Part shown: positions 1 to 10,059 of the stretch, one piece after another
Position numbering within the stretch: the stretch's first letter is position 1
Layout: the number at the start of each line of letters is the position of its first letter
Assembly: GCA_041661265.1 (NCBI GenBank)
Contig: JBAZUT010000001.1
Coordinates: forward strand, 1,854 to 65,853
Origin: Minisyncoccota bacterium
GTDB lineage: Bacteria; Patescibacteriota; Minisyncoccia; JAHIHE01; JAGLIN01
Reading direction: 5' to 3'
DNA: 64,000 bases
Position numbers and translations under genes: made by a program
The notes under the pieces: model-generated
What the model was told of the DNA's origin: nothing
What the model saw: only the letters and a program-made list of their open reading frames with translations
Databases searched by the model: none

Positions 1-3000
1 GAAGGATTGGTCGATTCTTTATTAATGAAGCTTAGAGGAAGAGTGTCTGACGCTTCATAGGCAACCGAAAGAAGGACGCTTCCGCTCGAATCCGTTCCTG
101 AAAAAACGAGAGATGCGGTATTATCGGTTATCTCCACGACATCATCATTTAAACTATGCGAAGCGGGACTTGATCCTCTTGCAATGCCGGATATTGTATC
201 GGCAGTATTATTCTTGGACGTATAGGAAATGTGCTCATCCCCTATCTGGATCGTGCCCGAGCTTCCCATAAGATCGGTTGAGGTGAGAGAAATATCCGAA
301 GTACTGGAATTATCAAGAGCCTGATTCAATTTGATGCCATAGGCTATCGTCGGATCGGTCGTATCTGTCTGGTCTCCGGCAGTCTCAAATTGGAGATATG
401 GAGAAACATTCGGATAGGTTTTTGTGTTGGGAGTTGCAGCAGCATCCGCAGAGACGACCTGATAGTTATAGAACCTTCCGGAGGCCAGATTGGCATCAAT
501 AATGACATAATGTTCGGTAACTTTCTCGGTCTGCGTTGCTGTTGAAAATCCGGTTGCGGGATCCACAGTAAAATCATCCAGTGTGGATTCAACGTATTTC
601 ACTTGTGAAGTGGAAGCCTCGTCCGTCCTCCAATAGACAGTGGCATTGGTTCTCCCCGGAGTGACCGTAGGACCCAATGTTATGCTTGGCTCTTGGATAT
701 CCGGAACCTGAGCATTGGTTGTAAAAGTGTGATATGGATCGGTCGGAGGATTGAGGGGATGCTCCATGAGATTTCCCGCGCCATCCGCGGAAAGCACCTG
801 GTATTCATAAGCTGAATCCGATGTCAGGCTGGATAAAGCGACTGTGTGCAGATAGTCCGAACCGGGAGTAACCTCCGTTACAAAAGCAGCATCGTCTTTG
901 TTTACGGAGCCGGCAATGGAAAATTCAGCCGCACCGATTCTGTATTTAACCAGAGAATATGATCTTTCATTTGTGTTCCAAGTGATCGTGGCCGAGTTTG
1001 TCGATCCGGAGCTTACGCCATCCGGAGCGGGACCGGAGATCAGAACCGGCTTCGTGCTGTCCGGATCAGTGGAAGTGCCGAACTGCAAAAAGGGAGCGGC
1101 GGAAGGAGAGGTTGCAGTGTTCGGCGTTGCGGCATTATCGGAAAATATCACCTGATAATTATAGAACTTGCCGGAGGAAAGATTGGTGTTTATTATCACA
1201 TAATGCTCGGTAACTTTTTCAGTTTGCAGGGCCGTAGAGAATCCTCCTGCGGGATCAACCGTAAAATCATTTTCGGTCGATTCGATATAGTTTACCATGG
1301 AATCCGATACCTCATTCGTCTGCCAATAGATAGTGGCAGTATCTCTTCCCGGAACAACGGTGGGTCCCGAAGTCACAGAAGGAGAAGTGCTTGTGGTAGA
1401 AAAAGTATAATAGGGATCGGTCGGAGGATTATTGGGACTCTTCATAAGAAGGCCCGCCGCGTCCGCAGAAAGAACCTGATATTCATATTGCGTTCCCTCT
1501 GCAAGTCCCGTGATATCGACCGTATGGCTGAAATTGACCGAACTGATCTCCTGCACGAAATTGACATCATCCTTATCGACTGAGCCTGCAATAAAGAAAG
1601 GAGAAGTTCCTGCTTTTCTGTATTTCACGATGGAATATGATCTTTCATCCGTATACCAAGTTATTCTTGCAGAAGTATTGCTATTATTCGAATCAACAGG
1701 AAGAGGAGAAATGAGGCGCGGAGGAGTCGTGTCTCCGATTGGCGTCTCTCCGATGCTGGATCCGTCGGGTCGGGCGGAAACTACCGAGGAATATATGGAA
1801 ATGCCGTCGGCATCTTCGGCAGTTACTCTGTAGTAATAGTCAGTCGTGCTGTTTAAGGTTCCGGGAGTGGCGCTGTCCGCGCAATTTCCGTCTCCCTCGT
1901 CGTAGCAATAATTGGTTGAGCCGCTATTGATCGTGACAAAGGGAGACAACCCATAGTCGGCGCCATCGGTAGAGCGCCACACGTTATATTTGGTCGCACC
2001 CGACACTATCTCCCACCAGACAACAAGGCTGTAATCGGAATTAGGAACAACTGTTATGTCGGACTTGTTCATCCCTTTCGGATTGGCGGGTATGGTCACA
2101 AACTTTATCGTCGGATTTTCGTTATTGAAATTATCCTTGGCCTGAAAGCATACAGTAGCTATATTGGTTGCATCAAAAGAAAGAGTCCAGACTCTGGTGG
2201 CGGAAATAGCTTCCCAGCCGGTAGCGGAAGGATCGCTGGCAAGATCGGTGGCACAAGTTGAACCATCGATATTGGAAGCATTGGCGAAGCGGACATATTT
2301 CGTGGAGCTCTCAGTGAGAGAGATATCCGTAAGCTTATACCCCGAAGCATTGGCATTGATCTTGAAAGGAGGAGTCGCATAGACCGGTATCACGGTATCC
2401 ACGGCAAAATTGGAGCTATCCGCTGTTCCGACCTGCCCCCCTCCGTTTGCATCGTTCAAAGCTATGCGGACTTTGACATTACTCAGATATATTCTTGAGT
2501 TGAGATCAGACGCCGGATCAAGAGTAAGACCGGAAGTGACAATGGGGTTTTCCGTGTATGAAACTCCAGTGACATCCCCTTTTACGGTTGCGCTCAGAGC
2601 ATAGACCCATACTGTGGTCGGGACCGTCTCATGGGCTACGGCAAGGGTTGTATATCCCACTTCCGGCCACTTGCCCCTTCCCGTTGTCACAGTAAGAACG
2701 CCTCCACTATTAGAATCATAGTATATCACCTCGTCCTCGATCATAATGTATCCGGAAGTTTTTAGAACCGAATTGGGATCGCTCACGCTGACATTGCCTG
2801 AAGCCAGAACTCCGGCAGTCGTTGTAACTCCGGCATCATAGAAATATTGGATATTGACAGTACCTCCATCCTTGTCTCCGGGCGAGTCGGATAGTCCCGA
2901 TTCCTCAAAATCAGAGATCTGATAAGAACCGACTACGATCTTTCCAATGTTGCTCGGACTTGCATCGCTGTTCTGGCTCGCAGTGATCGTGTTTTTCACG

Positions 3001-6000
3001 CAATCTCCGGTCACATCATCAGTAACCCCGACACAAGGCGGAGTGTTTCTTACATAGAGGACGGAAGCATCGGAAAGCACCGGAGTTTGAGACCCGTCAG
3101 TCGATTCCAGCCAAGCCTTATATTGCATCCACTGATCATTCGCACCTGCGCTCTGGGTCGAATTTATGGTTTCTCCGGATGAAGTTGTTTCGTAATAGGT
3201 CTGCGTTCCTCCTCCGCCGTCGCAGTTCGTCGCGTCCCCCGGACCGCACCAGGATGCCGTTGTGAGCCCCGCCTTGGATGCTGCAGTCCTGATCCTGAAT
3301 TTGAGATTCGTTCCCGCCGGTTTCTCTCCGAGATTTCCCGACTGAGCATTCCAGGAAAAAGTATTGAGCATGGAAGCGGGGCTTCCTGTATCATAAGGAG
3401 AAGAAACCAGAGTCTGAGGAGACACACCGGTATCGGGATAGTGAGTATAGTAAACCTTGAGATCGGAGAAAGTGGGTGTCGATACGCCATCGGAAGAGGT
3501 CATGGTTACTTCATATTGAAAATAGCGATGGCCGGCAACCATGGAGCTCAGAGCGCTCAATGCTGAGCTGCTGGCGCCAGCGGTCATAGCAATGCTCTGA
3601 GCAATACCGCTAAAAGCGGTTTCGCCTGAACAGGCAGAATCGTCGCAAGAGCGGACTTTGACGGTCATTCCGGTATTCGAAGGAATAGCTGTAGCCGCCG
3701 ACCACTCGGCAAGACCCCAAGAAAGATCTTTCTGTCCGGTATCGATGATCTGGGAAGTGAAAGTGCCGGAAGAATAATATCCTATGGAAGTAGAATAATA
3801 ATTTGGTGTCGGTATGGTACCGCTAAAAGAACCGTATTTAGCATATGTTCTTCCTTCACCGCCATTCCCACCGGAATAACTACCTGTTCCTCCGCCTGCT
3901 CCGCCTACGCCGCCATTAGCGCCTATACTACCGCTATCAGTGATATTTTGAGCTGTAATAATCAAAGAACCGCCTGCGCCTGCTCCGCCACCACCACCTT
4001 TATCCAAAGAAGAAACAGCCGCATTACCTCCATTATTTCCATTGGAATTTATTGAACTACCGGCAGAAATTACTAAATTATTAGAATAAATTACAACTAC
4101 TCCTCCGCCTTTACCGCCTGCTCCACCAGATGAAGCGGCCCAAGCACAACCACCCGCTCCTGCACCACCAGCCCCGCCACCACCGCCAAAATATGCGCGC
4201 GTATTTAGTGTTGAGGAACCAGCGCCGCTAGCAGTTCTTCCATCATTTCCACCACCACCACCACCACCACCCACAATATTACCACCACTACTGCCACCTG
4301 TCCCGCCATTGGAATTTGAACCAACGGATCCAGTACTAAAACCAGCCCCACCACTACCTGGAGAACCGTTACCACCTCCTCCTCCACCGCCGCCTTTTGA
4401 AGAGTTACTTCCTGAAGTAGCCACACCGCCACCGCCACCGCCATTCCCTAAAGTTCCATCCCCGCCTACTCGCGTTCCACTCCAAACAGAACCACCGCCG
4501 CCGCCGCCACCATTGAGACTATTACCCGTGCTAGCACACAAGCCTCCGCTTCCTCCGGTGCCATTATAAGATTCGCCTCCAGCTGACCCGCTAGCAGCAC
4601 TAGCCGCGGCCGCTCCACTAAAACCTAAACCATTGGCATTAATCCCATTAGCTGCACCTACCGTGACCGTACCAGTTGCCCGAAAAGCCAACACTCCGCC
4701 TTTAGTGCCGTTCCAGGCTGTCGAAATAAGCGATGCTCCGGAACTAATCGTGACATCCGTATAATTCGGAACACGCTGAACCATTGTCTTCTGTGTCGTA
4801 CTATCGCCAAATGTATAGCTAAGAGCGGAGTCTAAGGTAAGCGTGTTGGTATTAATGGCAGTTATCGTCCTAAACTCGTAATTACCAGTGTTACTATAAT
4901 CGCTGGACGTCCCCTTGAGGTTTATGATCATTATTTCATCATTAACAGCCAGGCCTGTTGGCGTTGAAGACAGCGTAACGGTTGTTGCCCCCGAGTTGAT
5001 CGTCCCAGTTGTGGAAAAATTAACCGCACTCAGAACCGTGTTCAGCGATGAAACGACCAATGCGCCATCCGCGCCATCTCCTGATCCATAATCATAATTT
5101 AATTTTATATCATTTGCATTCACTGTCACATTATTCCAGGTGCTCTCATAATAAATCTTCACTTCGCTTAAAGTCGGGGTCGCGCTGAGATCGGTTTTAG
5201 AATTCAAAGTAGCTCTATATTGAATATATCGTTTATTGTTTAAATTATAAAGGGAACCTCCGTTTGTCACCGATGCAAATGATCCGTCTGAGCAATTGGA
5301 ATTGGCGCAAGATCGCACTTCCATTGTGACCGACGATCCGCCTCCGACAGTTGAGCTGTTGTCGGTCCATGCAATTTTTCCAAAATTCTGATTCACACCC
5401 ATATCAAATATGCGGGAAGTGAAAGTGCCGGATGAATTGTATAACAAAGATGCGGCATAATAATTCGGACTCGGCGCCGTACCGCTGATGGAAGCATATT
5501 TAGCATAGGTTCTTCCTCCTCCTCCCGCCCCTCCCGCATAGCCCGATGTGATGGTCCCGCCACTACCGCCATTGGACGTGATGCTTCCGCTATTACTCAG
5601 GTTTGGCGTAAGAATAATAATTGATCCGCCAGCTCCGCCACCGCCGCCGCCTGAATACTGTTGAGAATTAATTGTGCCATTTGTGCCATTTGTGCCATTT
5701 GCAGAAATAGAAAAACCTGTCGGAATCGTAATTTGCCGGGCAAAAATTGCTATAATTCCTCCTCCTTTTCCCCCTCCTCCACCGTTTATCCCGCCGCCTG
5801 CACAAGTTGTAGAATTTTGACGTGCGCCTCCTCCAGCCGCGCCGCCGCCGCCAAAAATCGCTTTCCTGTAAAGATTAGACGAACCGGTACCATCCGCGGT
5901 TAAACCATCATTGCCGCCGCCGCCGCCGCCGCCGCCTAATGCATAAGTTGCGCTATTTCCTCCACCGCCGCCATTAAGAACTCCTCCGTCAACACCATTA

Positions 6001-7238
6001 TTTCCGCCATATCCCAAAGATCCAGCTGAACCTCCTCCTCCTCCTCCTCCTCCGCCGCCCTTTGTGGTACTTGAAGAGCCTCTTAGTGCGCCGCCGCCGC
6101 CGCCGCCGCCAACACCGGCGAGTCCGCCTGCTCCTATATATAAAGTACCATAAACACCTCCCCCTCCTCCACCACCCTGTCCGGAATTTCCATCAGTAAG
6201 AGAAGTCCCCCCGCTTCCTCCCGTGCCGTTATACGACTCGCCGCCTCCCGCATTTACACCGCAATTTCCTCCGGCTCCTCCCGCAAAGCCTAAAGCATTG
6301 GCATTGATCCCATTGGCAGCATTTACTGTTACTGTTCCAGTCGATCTAAAAGCCAATACGCCCCCCTTGGTGCCATCCCAGGTCGAGGGGATGAGAGATG
6401 CGCCGGAATTGATCGTAACATCAGTATAATTCGGCACCCGCTGAACCATTATTTTTTGCGTGGTACTGTCGCCATAGGTATAGCTAAGCGCGGAATTTAA
6501 AGTGAGAGTGTTGGTATTTATCGCAGTTATCGTTTTAAATTCATAATTACCCGCATTGCCAGAATCCGCAGAAGTACCCTTAAGATTGATTATTATGATC
6601 TCATCATTAACAGCCAGGCCTGTTGGCGTTGCAGATAAAGTGACAGCAGTCGCTCCGGCGCTGATCGTACCAGTGGTGGAAAAATTAACTGCACTCAGAA
6701 CCGTGTTCAACGATGAAACGACCAATGCGCCATCCGCGCCAGTGCCGCCGCCATAATCATAGTCAAGCTTTACGCCGCTCAAAATTTGCACCTTGCCAGA
6801 CTCCGGAGTTCCTAAATTAAAATTCTCATCAGTCGAATCGGTGGAAAGAGCGGACTTTCCGTTAAATTGCGTATCCGCGGTTTCTTCCACGTTTTCGCTT
6901 ACGACAGAAAGCTTCAATACTTTATCTTCATTAGGCTGGCCCGAGTTGAGGACGATCGAATCGATGGAGTCCTTGCTCTCATAGGTAGCCCATCCTGTTT
7001 TGTTGGAAGCATGAGTCGGATAGCAGACCGAGCCGTCCCACGTTCCATTGACCGCAGTGCATTCTCCGGCATTGGCGGGAGGAGCTATGTCCCAGCCCGC
7101 CTGTATCCATGAATTCGTGGCCGCCCTTCCGCTTGGCTTGCCGGGCATAAAAAAATACAGCACGGAACTCGTGACTATCGTGCTTACCAGGATCATAATA
7201 AAAGCGGTCTTGCTTAGAAATCTGACTTTTCTTTCCAT
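1..7238 (-). CDS. giant secreted/cell-surface protein, 3'-truncated by window edge (>2400 aa): N-terminal signal anchor, two ~560-aa tandem units (beta-rich domain + ~300-aa Gly-rich tract + Cys-containing domain), then repeated FN3-like modules
   Basis: Start ATG at 7236-7238 (rc), protein begins MERKVRFLSKTAFIMILVSTIV. This minus frame stays open to position 1, and no listed minus-strand ORF lies in it. Repeated motifs ITWxTxE...YEYQV and PLNPPTDPYHTF occur twice. Plus-strand poly-Pro ORFs are antisense artifacts of GGN codons. Confidence 0.8.
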   Translation of the reverse strand, partial: MERKVRFLSKTAFIMILVSTIVTSSVLYFFMPGKPSGRAATNSWIQAGWDIAPPANAGECTAVNGTWDGSVCYPTHASNKTGWATYESKDSIDSIVLNSGQPNEDKVLKLSVVSENVEETADTQFNGKSALSTDSTDENFNLGTPESGKVQILSGVKLDYDYGGGTGADGALVVSSLNTVLSAVNFSTTGTISAGATAVTLSATPTGLAVNDEIIIINLKGTSADSGNAGNYEFKTITAINTNTLTLNSALSYTYGDSTTQKIMVQRVPNYTDVTINSGASLIPSTWDGTKGGVLAFRSTGTVTVNAANGINANALGFAGGAGGNCGVNAGGGESYNGTGGSGGTSLTDGNSGQGGGGGGGVYGTLYIGAGGLAGVGGGGGGGALRGSSSTTKGGGGGGGGGGSAGSLGYGGNNGVDGGVLNGGGGGNSATYALGGGGGGGGNDGLTADGTGSSNLYRKAIFGGGGAAGGGARQNSTTCAGGGINGGGGGKGGGIIAIFARQITIPTGFSISANGTNGTNGTINSQQYSGGGGGGAGGSIIILTPNLSNSGSITSNGGSGGTITSGYAGGAGGGGRTYAKYASISGTAPSPNYYAASLLYNSSGTFTSRIFDMGVNQNFGKIAWTDNSSTVGGGSSVTMEVRSCANSNCSDGSFASVTNGGSLYNLNNKRYIQYRATLNSKTDLSATPTLSEVKIYYESTWNNVTVNANDIKLNYDYGSGDGADGALVVSSLNTVLSAVNFSTTGTINSGATTVTLSSTPTGLAVNDEIMIINLKGTSSDYSNTGNYEFRTITAINTNTLTLDSALSYTFGDSTTQKTMVQRVPNYTDVTISSGASLISTAWNGTKGGVLAFRATGTVTVGAANGINANGLGFSGAAAASAASGSAGGESYNGTGGSGGLCASTGNSLNGGGGGGGSVWSGTRVGGDGTLGNGGGGGGVATSGSNSSKGGGGGGGGNGSPGSGGAGFSTGSVGSNSNGGTGGSSGGNIVGGGGGGGGNDGRTASGAGSSTLNTRAYFGGGGGAGGAGAGGCAWAASSGGAGGKGGGVVVIYSNNLVISAGSSINSNGNNGGNAAVSSLDKGGGGGAGAGGSLIITAQNITDSGSIGANGGVGGAGGGTGSYSGGNGGEGRTYAKYGSFSGTIPTPNYYSTSIGYYSSGTFTSQIIDTGQKDLSWGLAEWSAATAIPSNTGMTVKVRSCDDSACSGETAFSGIAQSIAMTAGASSSALSALSSMVAGHRYFQYEVTMTSSDGVSTPTFSDLKVYYTHYPDTGVSPQTLVSSPYDTGSPASMLNTFSWNAQSGNLGEKPAGTNLKFRIRTAASKAGLTTASWCGPGDATNCDGGGGTQTYYETTSSGETINSTQSAGANDQWMQYKAWLESTDGSQTPVLSDASVLYVRNTPPCVGVTDDVTGDCVKNTITASQNSDASPSNIGKIVVGSYQISDFEESGLSDSPGDKDGGTVNIQYFYDAGVTTTAGVLASGNVSVSDPNSVLKTSGYIMIEDEVIYYDSNSGGVLTVTTGRGKWPEVGYTTLAVAHETVPTTVWVYALSATVKGDVTGVSYTENPIVTSGLTLDPASDLNSRIYLSNVKVRIALNDANGGGQVGTADSSNFAVDTVIPVYATPPFKINANASGYKLTDISLTESSTKYVRFANASNIDGSTCATDLASDPSATGWEAISATRVWTLSFDATNIATVCFQAKDNFNNENPTIKFVTIPANPKGMNKSDITVVPNSDYSLVVWWEIVSGATKYNVWRSTDGADYGLSPFVTINSGSTNYCYDEGDGNCADSATPGTLNSTTDYYYRVTAEDADGISIYSSVVSARPDGSSIGETPIGDTTPPRLISPLPVDSNNSNTSARITWYTDERSYSIVKYRKAGTSPFFIAGSVDKDDVNFVQEISSVNFSHTVDITGLAEGTQYEYQVLSADAAGLLMKSPNNPPTDPYYTFSTTSTSPSVTSGPTVVPGRDTATIYWQTNEVSDSMVNYIESTENDFTVDPAGGFSTALQTEKVTEHYVIINTNLSSGKFYNYQVIFSDNAATPNTATSPSAAPFLQFGTSTDPDSTKPVLISGPAPDGVSSGSTNSATITWNTNERSYSLVKYRIGAAEFSIAGSVNKDDAAFVTEVTPGSDYLHTVALSSLTSDSAYEYQVLSADGAGNLMEHPLNPPTDPYHTFTTNAQVPDIQEPSITLGPTVTPGRTNATVYWRTDEASTSQVKYVESTLDDFTVDPATGFSTATQTEKVTEHYVIIDANLASGRFYNYQVVSADAAATPNTKTYPNVSPYLQFETAGDQTDTTDPTIAYGIKLNQALDNSSTSDISLTSTDLMGSSGTIQIGDEHISYTSKNNTADTISGIARGSSPASHSLNDDVVEITDNTASLVFSGTDSSGSVLLSVAYEASDTLPLSFINKESTNP
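3430..6790 (-). repeat. intragenic tandem duplication (~1680-bp period, two units) inside the giant surface-protein gene, with stretches of near-identical nucleotide sequence
   Basis: For example 4720-5080 vs 6400-6760 share long identical runs (cagccaggcctgttggcgttg; gtggaaaaattaac.gcactcagaaccgtgttca.cgatgaaacgaccaatgcgccatccgcgcca). The two protein units align over ~560 aa. Confidence 0.7.
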
Positions 7239-7695
7239 CTTTTTATATTGACAGAAAGAATTATTACAGAATATCACCGATTCTTTTCCAAGCTTGGAAA
7301 AGATGAGAAAATTTTCTGCGCTATCGCCAAAAAGAAGGCAGATAAATCTTACAACCAACCTTGCAGCCTCCAGAGAGTATAGCTTCAGAGAGTCAAAAAA
7401 CATCAGAACTTTGTTCCCTTCTGTTTTCGACTGCTCTATTTCCTTCCTGATCCTGTCTGTGAGCAATATTATCTTTTCATACAAAGCAAGAAGCCTCATT
7501 TTTTTGTTTTGTTATATGCACCTCAGGAATAACAATTAGCTCTATTTATTAACTACAATATATCAGCAAGAAGATGCCTTCTGTTTTTTTTATTTGGGTA
7601 ACTCATAATAGAATTATACAATAAATTGCAAAATATAACAAATAGGCGTGCTAGTCCACCTCATATTGCATCAAGTAACCAGGTGCAAAGACATA

Positions 7696-8181
7696 TCATG
7701 CAAGCGACTCATCTATTTTTTTGGCCCAATCCATGGCCTTTTTCGCATTTTCATCCTTGTTTTTCAGAACATCGACAAAATCCGCCTCACCGATAAATTC
7801 ATTCCCTTTCAGTTCTTTTTTCATATCTTCCAGCGCTCTTTTCATCCCTCCGCTATGAGAGCAGAACGGTGCTATTTTCTTTCCGGAAAGTTTTGCTTTC
7901 GAAAAAAAAGTTCCGATGGGAGGAGAGAACGTGAAAGACCAGACAGGAGTGCCGATAATGATCGCATCATAATCGCCGGGATCCACGGAGAAAGGAAAAA
8001 GTTCCGGCTTTTCCTTCATGAACACCTGCCTTCCTCCCCAAAAATATTTCATAAATCCATTTGCGGAGATCTCCTTTTTCGGTTTCAGTTCCATGACATC
8101 TGCGCCAAGCGCTTTTGCAACAGCTTCCGCGATGAATTTGGTGTTACCCTCAAGCGAATAATAGACTACCAGTTTTTTCAT
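7696..8181 (-). CDS. flavodoxin-family protein
   Basis: MKKLVVYYSLEGNTKFIAEAVAKALG...AIIIGTPVWSF flavodoxin-like fold signature. The overlapping plus ORF 7648-8499 is low-complexity antisense. Confidence 0.65.
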   Translation of the reverse strand: MKKLVVYYSLEGNTKFIAEAVAKALGADVMELKPKKEISANGFMKYFWGGRQVFMKEKPELFPFSVDPGDYDAIIIGTPVWSFTFSPPIGTFFSKAKLSGKKIAPFCSHSGGMKRALEDMKKELKGNEFIGEADFVDVLKNKDENAKKAMDWAKKIDESLA

Positions 8182-8301
8182 ATTTTTTCATTATGGATTA
8201 TTAAAGCCACCGCGCGACGGCTGATCGCTGCCTGCATTTATTATAACACAAAACGCATCAAAATTGATGCGTCAAATCCAAAGTCCCAAGAAACACGATC
8301 C

Positions 8302-8526
8302 CTAGAACAACTTATCAAAATCTCTCGAATATTTTCCCATTTTTTCGATCATTATATCCACGATCCCGCTCTTGTAGATCTTGTCCTTATATGCCACAGT
8401 CAATGCCAGAACCGCAAGAAGAATAAAAACCATAACTATAAGCAGGTCCCTTTTCTTGTTCAAGTTTTTTCTTATCAGCATTGGCATGTCTCTATTTGAA
8501 AAATAAAGAATTGATGTGCTTGGCAA
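8302..8526 (-). CDS. small membrane protein (hypothetical), between TetR and flavodoxin genes
   Basis: 74 aa with one predicted TM helix (LLIVMVFILLAVLALTVAY), co-directional and overlapping the TetR stop. Confidence 0.3.
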   Translation of the reverse strand: MPSTSILYFSNRDMPMLIRKNLNKKRDLLIVMVFILLAVLALTVAYKDKIYKSGIVDIMIEKMGKYSRDFDKLF

Positions 8527-9079
8527 TATCTTTCGATTTCAGGTTCTTTCCACCGTCCAAAATCTCTCCAAGAACGAACGTGTTGAGCATTCCAATAAGA
8601 AGATGAGTCGCCATGTTGCTCGAGATGGAATCTTTTTTTCTGAGAACGAGAACGTCCTTGACTATGGGCTCGAATTGGCCCGCTATCTCATCCTTTTTTC
8701 TGGAAATAAAATCCACGATATTCTCATCTTCCTTGGCATATTTCTCATTCGTAAGCTTTGCAAGGTCTTTTTCCTCAAGGCAAAAATCCACATAGGAAGT
8801 TATCGCCTTGCAAAATTTTTTCTGGACCGAGAAATCCCCTTCGCTTATCTTTTTTATCATGCCGGAAAATTCGCTGAAGGCTCCGTCGATCACTTCCAAA
8901 TAAAGCTTCTCCTTGCTTGGAAAATGATAATAAAGCGCGGCCTTGGTCATCTCGAGAGACTTTGCGATATCCGACATCGAAACCCCGAGATAGCCGAACT
9001 TCGAAAACAGCTTTTCCGCCACATCGACTATGAGGTTTTTCGTCGGCGACGACTCTAGTTTTTCCGAATTAGGATCCAT
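8492..9079 (-). CDS. TetR/AcrR-family transcriptional regulator
   Basis: N-terminal HTH KNLIVDVAEKLFSKFGYLGVSMSDIAKSLEMTKAALYYHFPSKEKLY. Confidence 0.8.
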   Translation of the reverse strand: MDPNSEKLESSPTKNLIVDVAEKLFSKFGYLGVSMSDIAKSLEMTKAALYYHFPSKEKLYLEVIDGAFSEFSGMIKKISEGDFSVQKKFCKAITSYVDFCLEEKDLAKLTNEKYAKEDENIVDFISRKKDEIAGQFEPIVKDVLVLRKKDSISSNMATHLLIGMLNTFVLGEILDGGKNLKSKDIAKHINSLFFK

Positions 9080-9395
9080 ATATGTAAATTTCTTATTACC
9101 AAAAAAAGGGAGATCGGAGAATTTTATTATTCTCTCATTCTACTTCCGGCACGTTTGCCTTCTCCATCTCCGCAATTCTGCGTTCTACTACTCCCATAAA
9201 TTCTTGCTGCGTCCTGGCTGCTTTTACTTCCGGCTCATTGAAGAACTCGGACATTTCTGCAACCAACGTTGTGAATCTGTCTATTCCTTGGAACATTTCT
9301 TTCCTCTTTTTTTGTTTTACTTACTTACCGTTCGGTAAGTAGCTATTATCATCGTACACCCCGGACATTATCTGTCAAGGCAAAATATGAGTGAA

Positions 9396-9833
9396 TTATT
9401 CGAATTTCTTGTAAAAAAAGCCATTAAGATAGCATTCTATGCTTCTTTCGCTTGCATCAAAATGGGGCATGGGAATGTTCTTTGGGTCCGCCCAGATCCA
9501 TCCCTCGCATTTCTCGGGTTCCATGATCCGTGGTTCTCCTGAGAAATCTTTAGCCAGAAGGACAACGGAAATATAGTGCACTCCTTCGTTCCTGTATGTT
9601 TTCAAATTATTCGTTACGGCGATCACTTCCGGATGCGAGATATCCATTCCGGTCTCTTCCTTGATCTCCCGAATGGCGCAATCCTCGAACGTTTCCCCGG
9701 CCTCAAGCCGCCCTCCGGGGATCGAAAAGAACGGCGCATGGCTCCCCTTTCTTTTCCCAAAAAGAACGTTTCCATCTTTGTTGATTATAATGACGCCAAT
9801 GCCGACGCCGGGCCTCGGTTTATCTTTTTTCAT
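9396..9833 (-). CDS. NUDIX hydrolase
   Basis: Nudix box GGRLEAGETFEDCAIREIKEETGMDI. Start moved to the internal ATG (MKKDKPRPGV) at 9831-9833. Confidence 0.75.
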   Translation of the reverse strand: MKKDKPRPGVGIGVIIINKDGNVLFGKRKGSHAPFFSIPGGRLEAGETFEDCAIREIKEETGMDISHPEVIAVTNNLKTYRNEGVHYISVVLLAKDFSGEPRIMEPEKCEGWIWADPKNIPMPHFDASERSIECYLNGFFYKKFE

Positions 9834-10059
9834 AATAAAAAAGTTACGATTTATTATTGTCCATAAAGGATATGCTTTAATATTATCAAAGTTCCGGCTT
9901 TGTTTCAAATTACCGCCGGAAATAAGGATCACATCCGCATTGTAATACTATTACGGCATGTTCCGTCTTTACCTTGAGTGGATAAGATCAGCATTTACGG
10001 AATGCCTGAATCATCGATAGATGCTATAATCATATCATTGCCGAAAGATAAAAATAAAT

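Noticed and set aside
4309-4569. Plus-strand ORFs inside 1-7238, for example the poly-Pro 86-aa ORF 4309-4569, and 898-1155, 1203-1583, 5661-5903, 6223-6429 and 7648-8499
   Set aside because: They are antisense to the giant minus-strand gene or to the flavodoxin gene. Poly-Pro/Ala composition is the mirror image of GGN/GCN codons, with no RBS or independent support.
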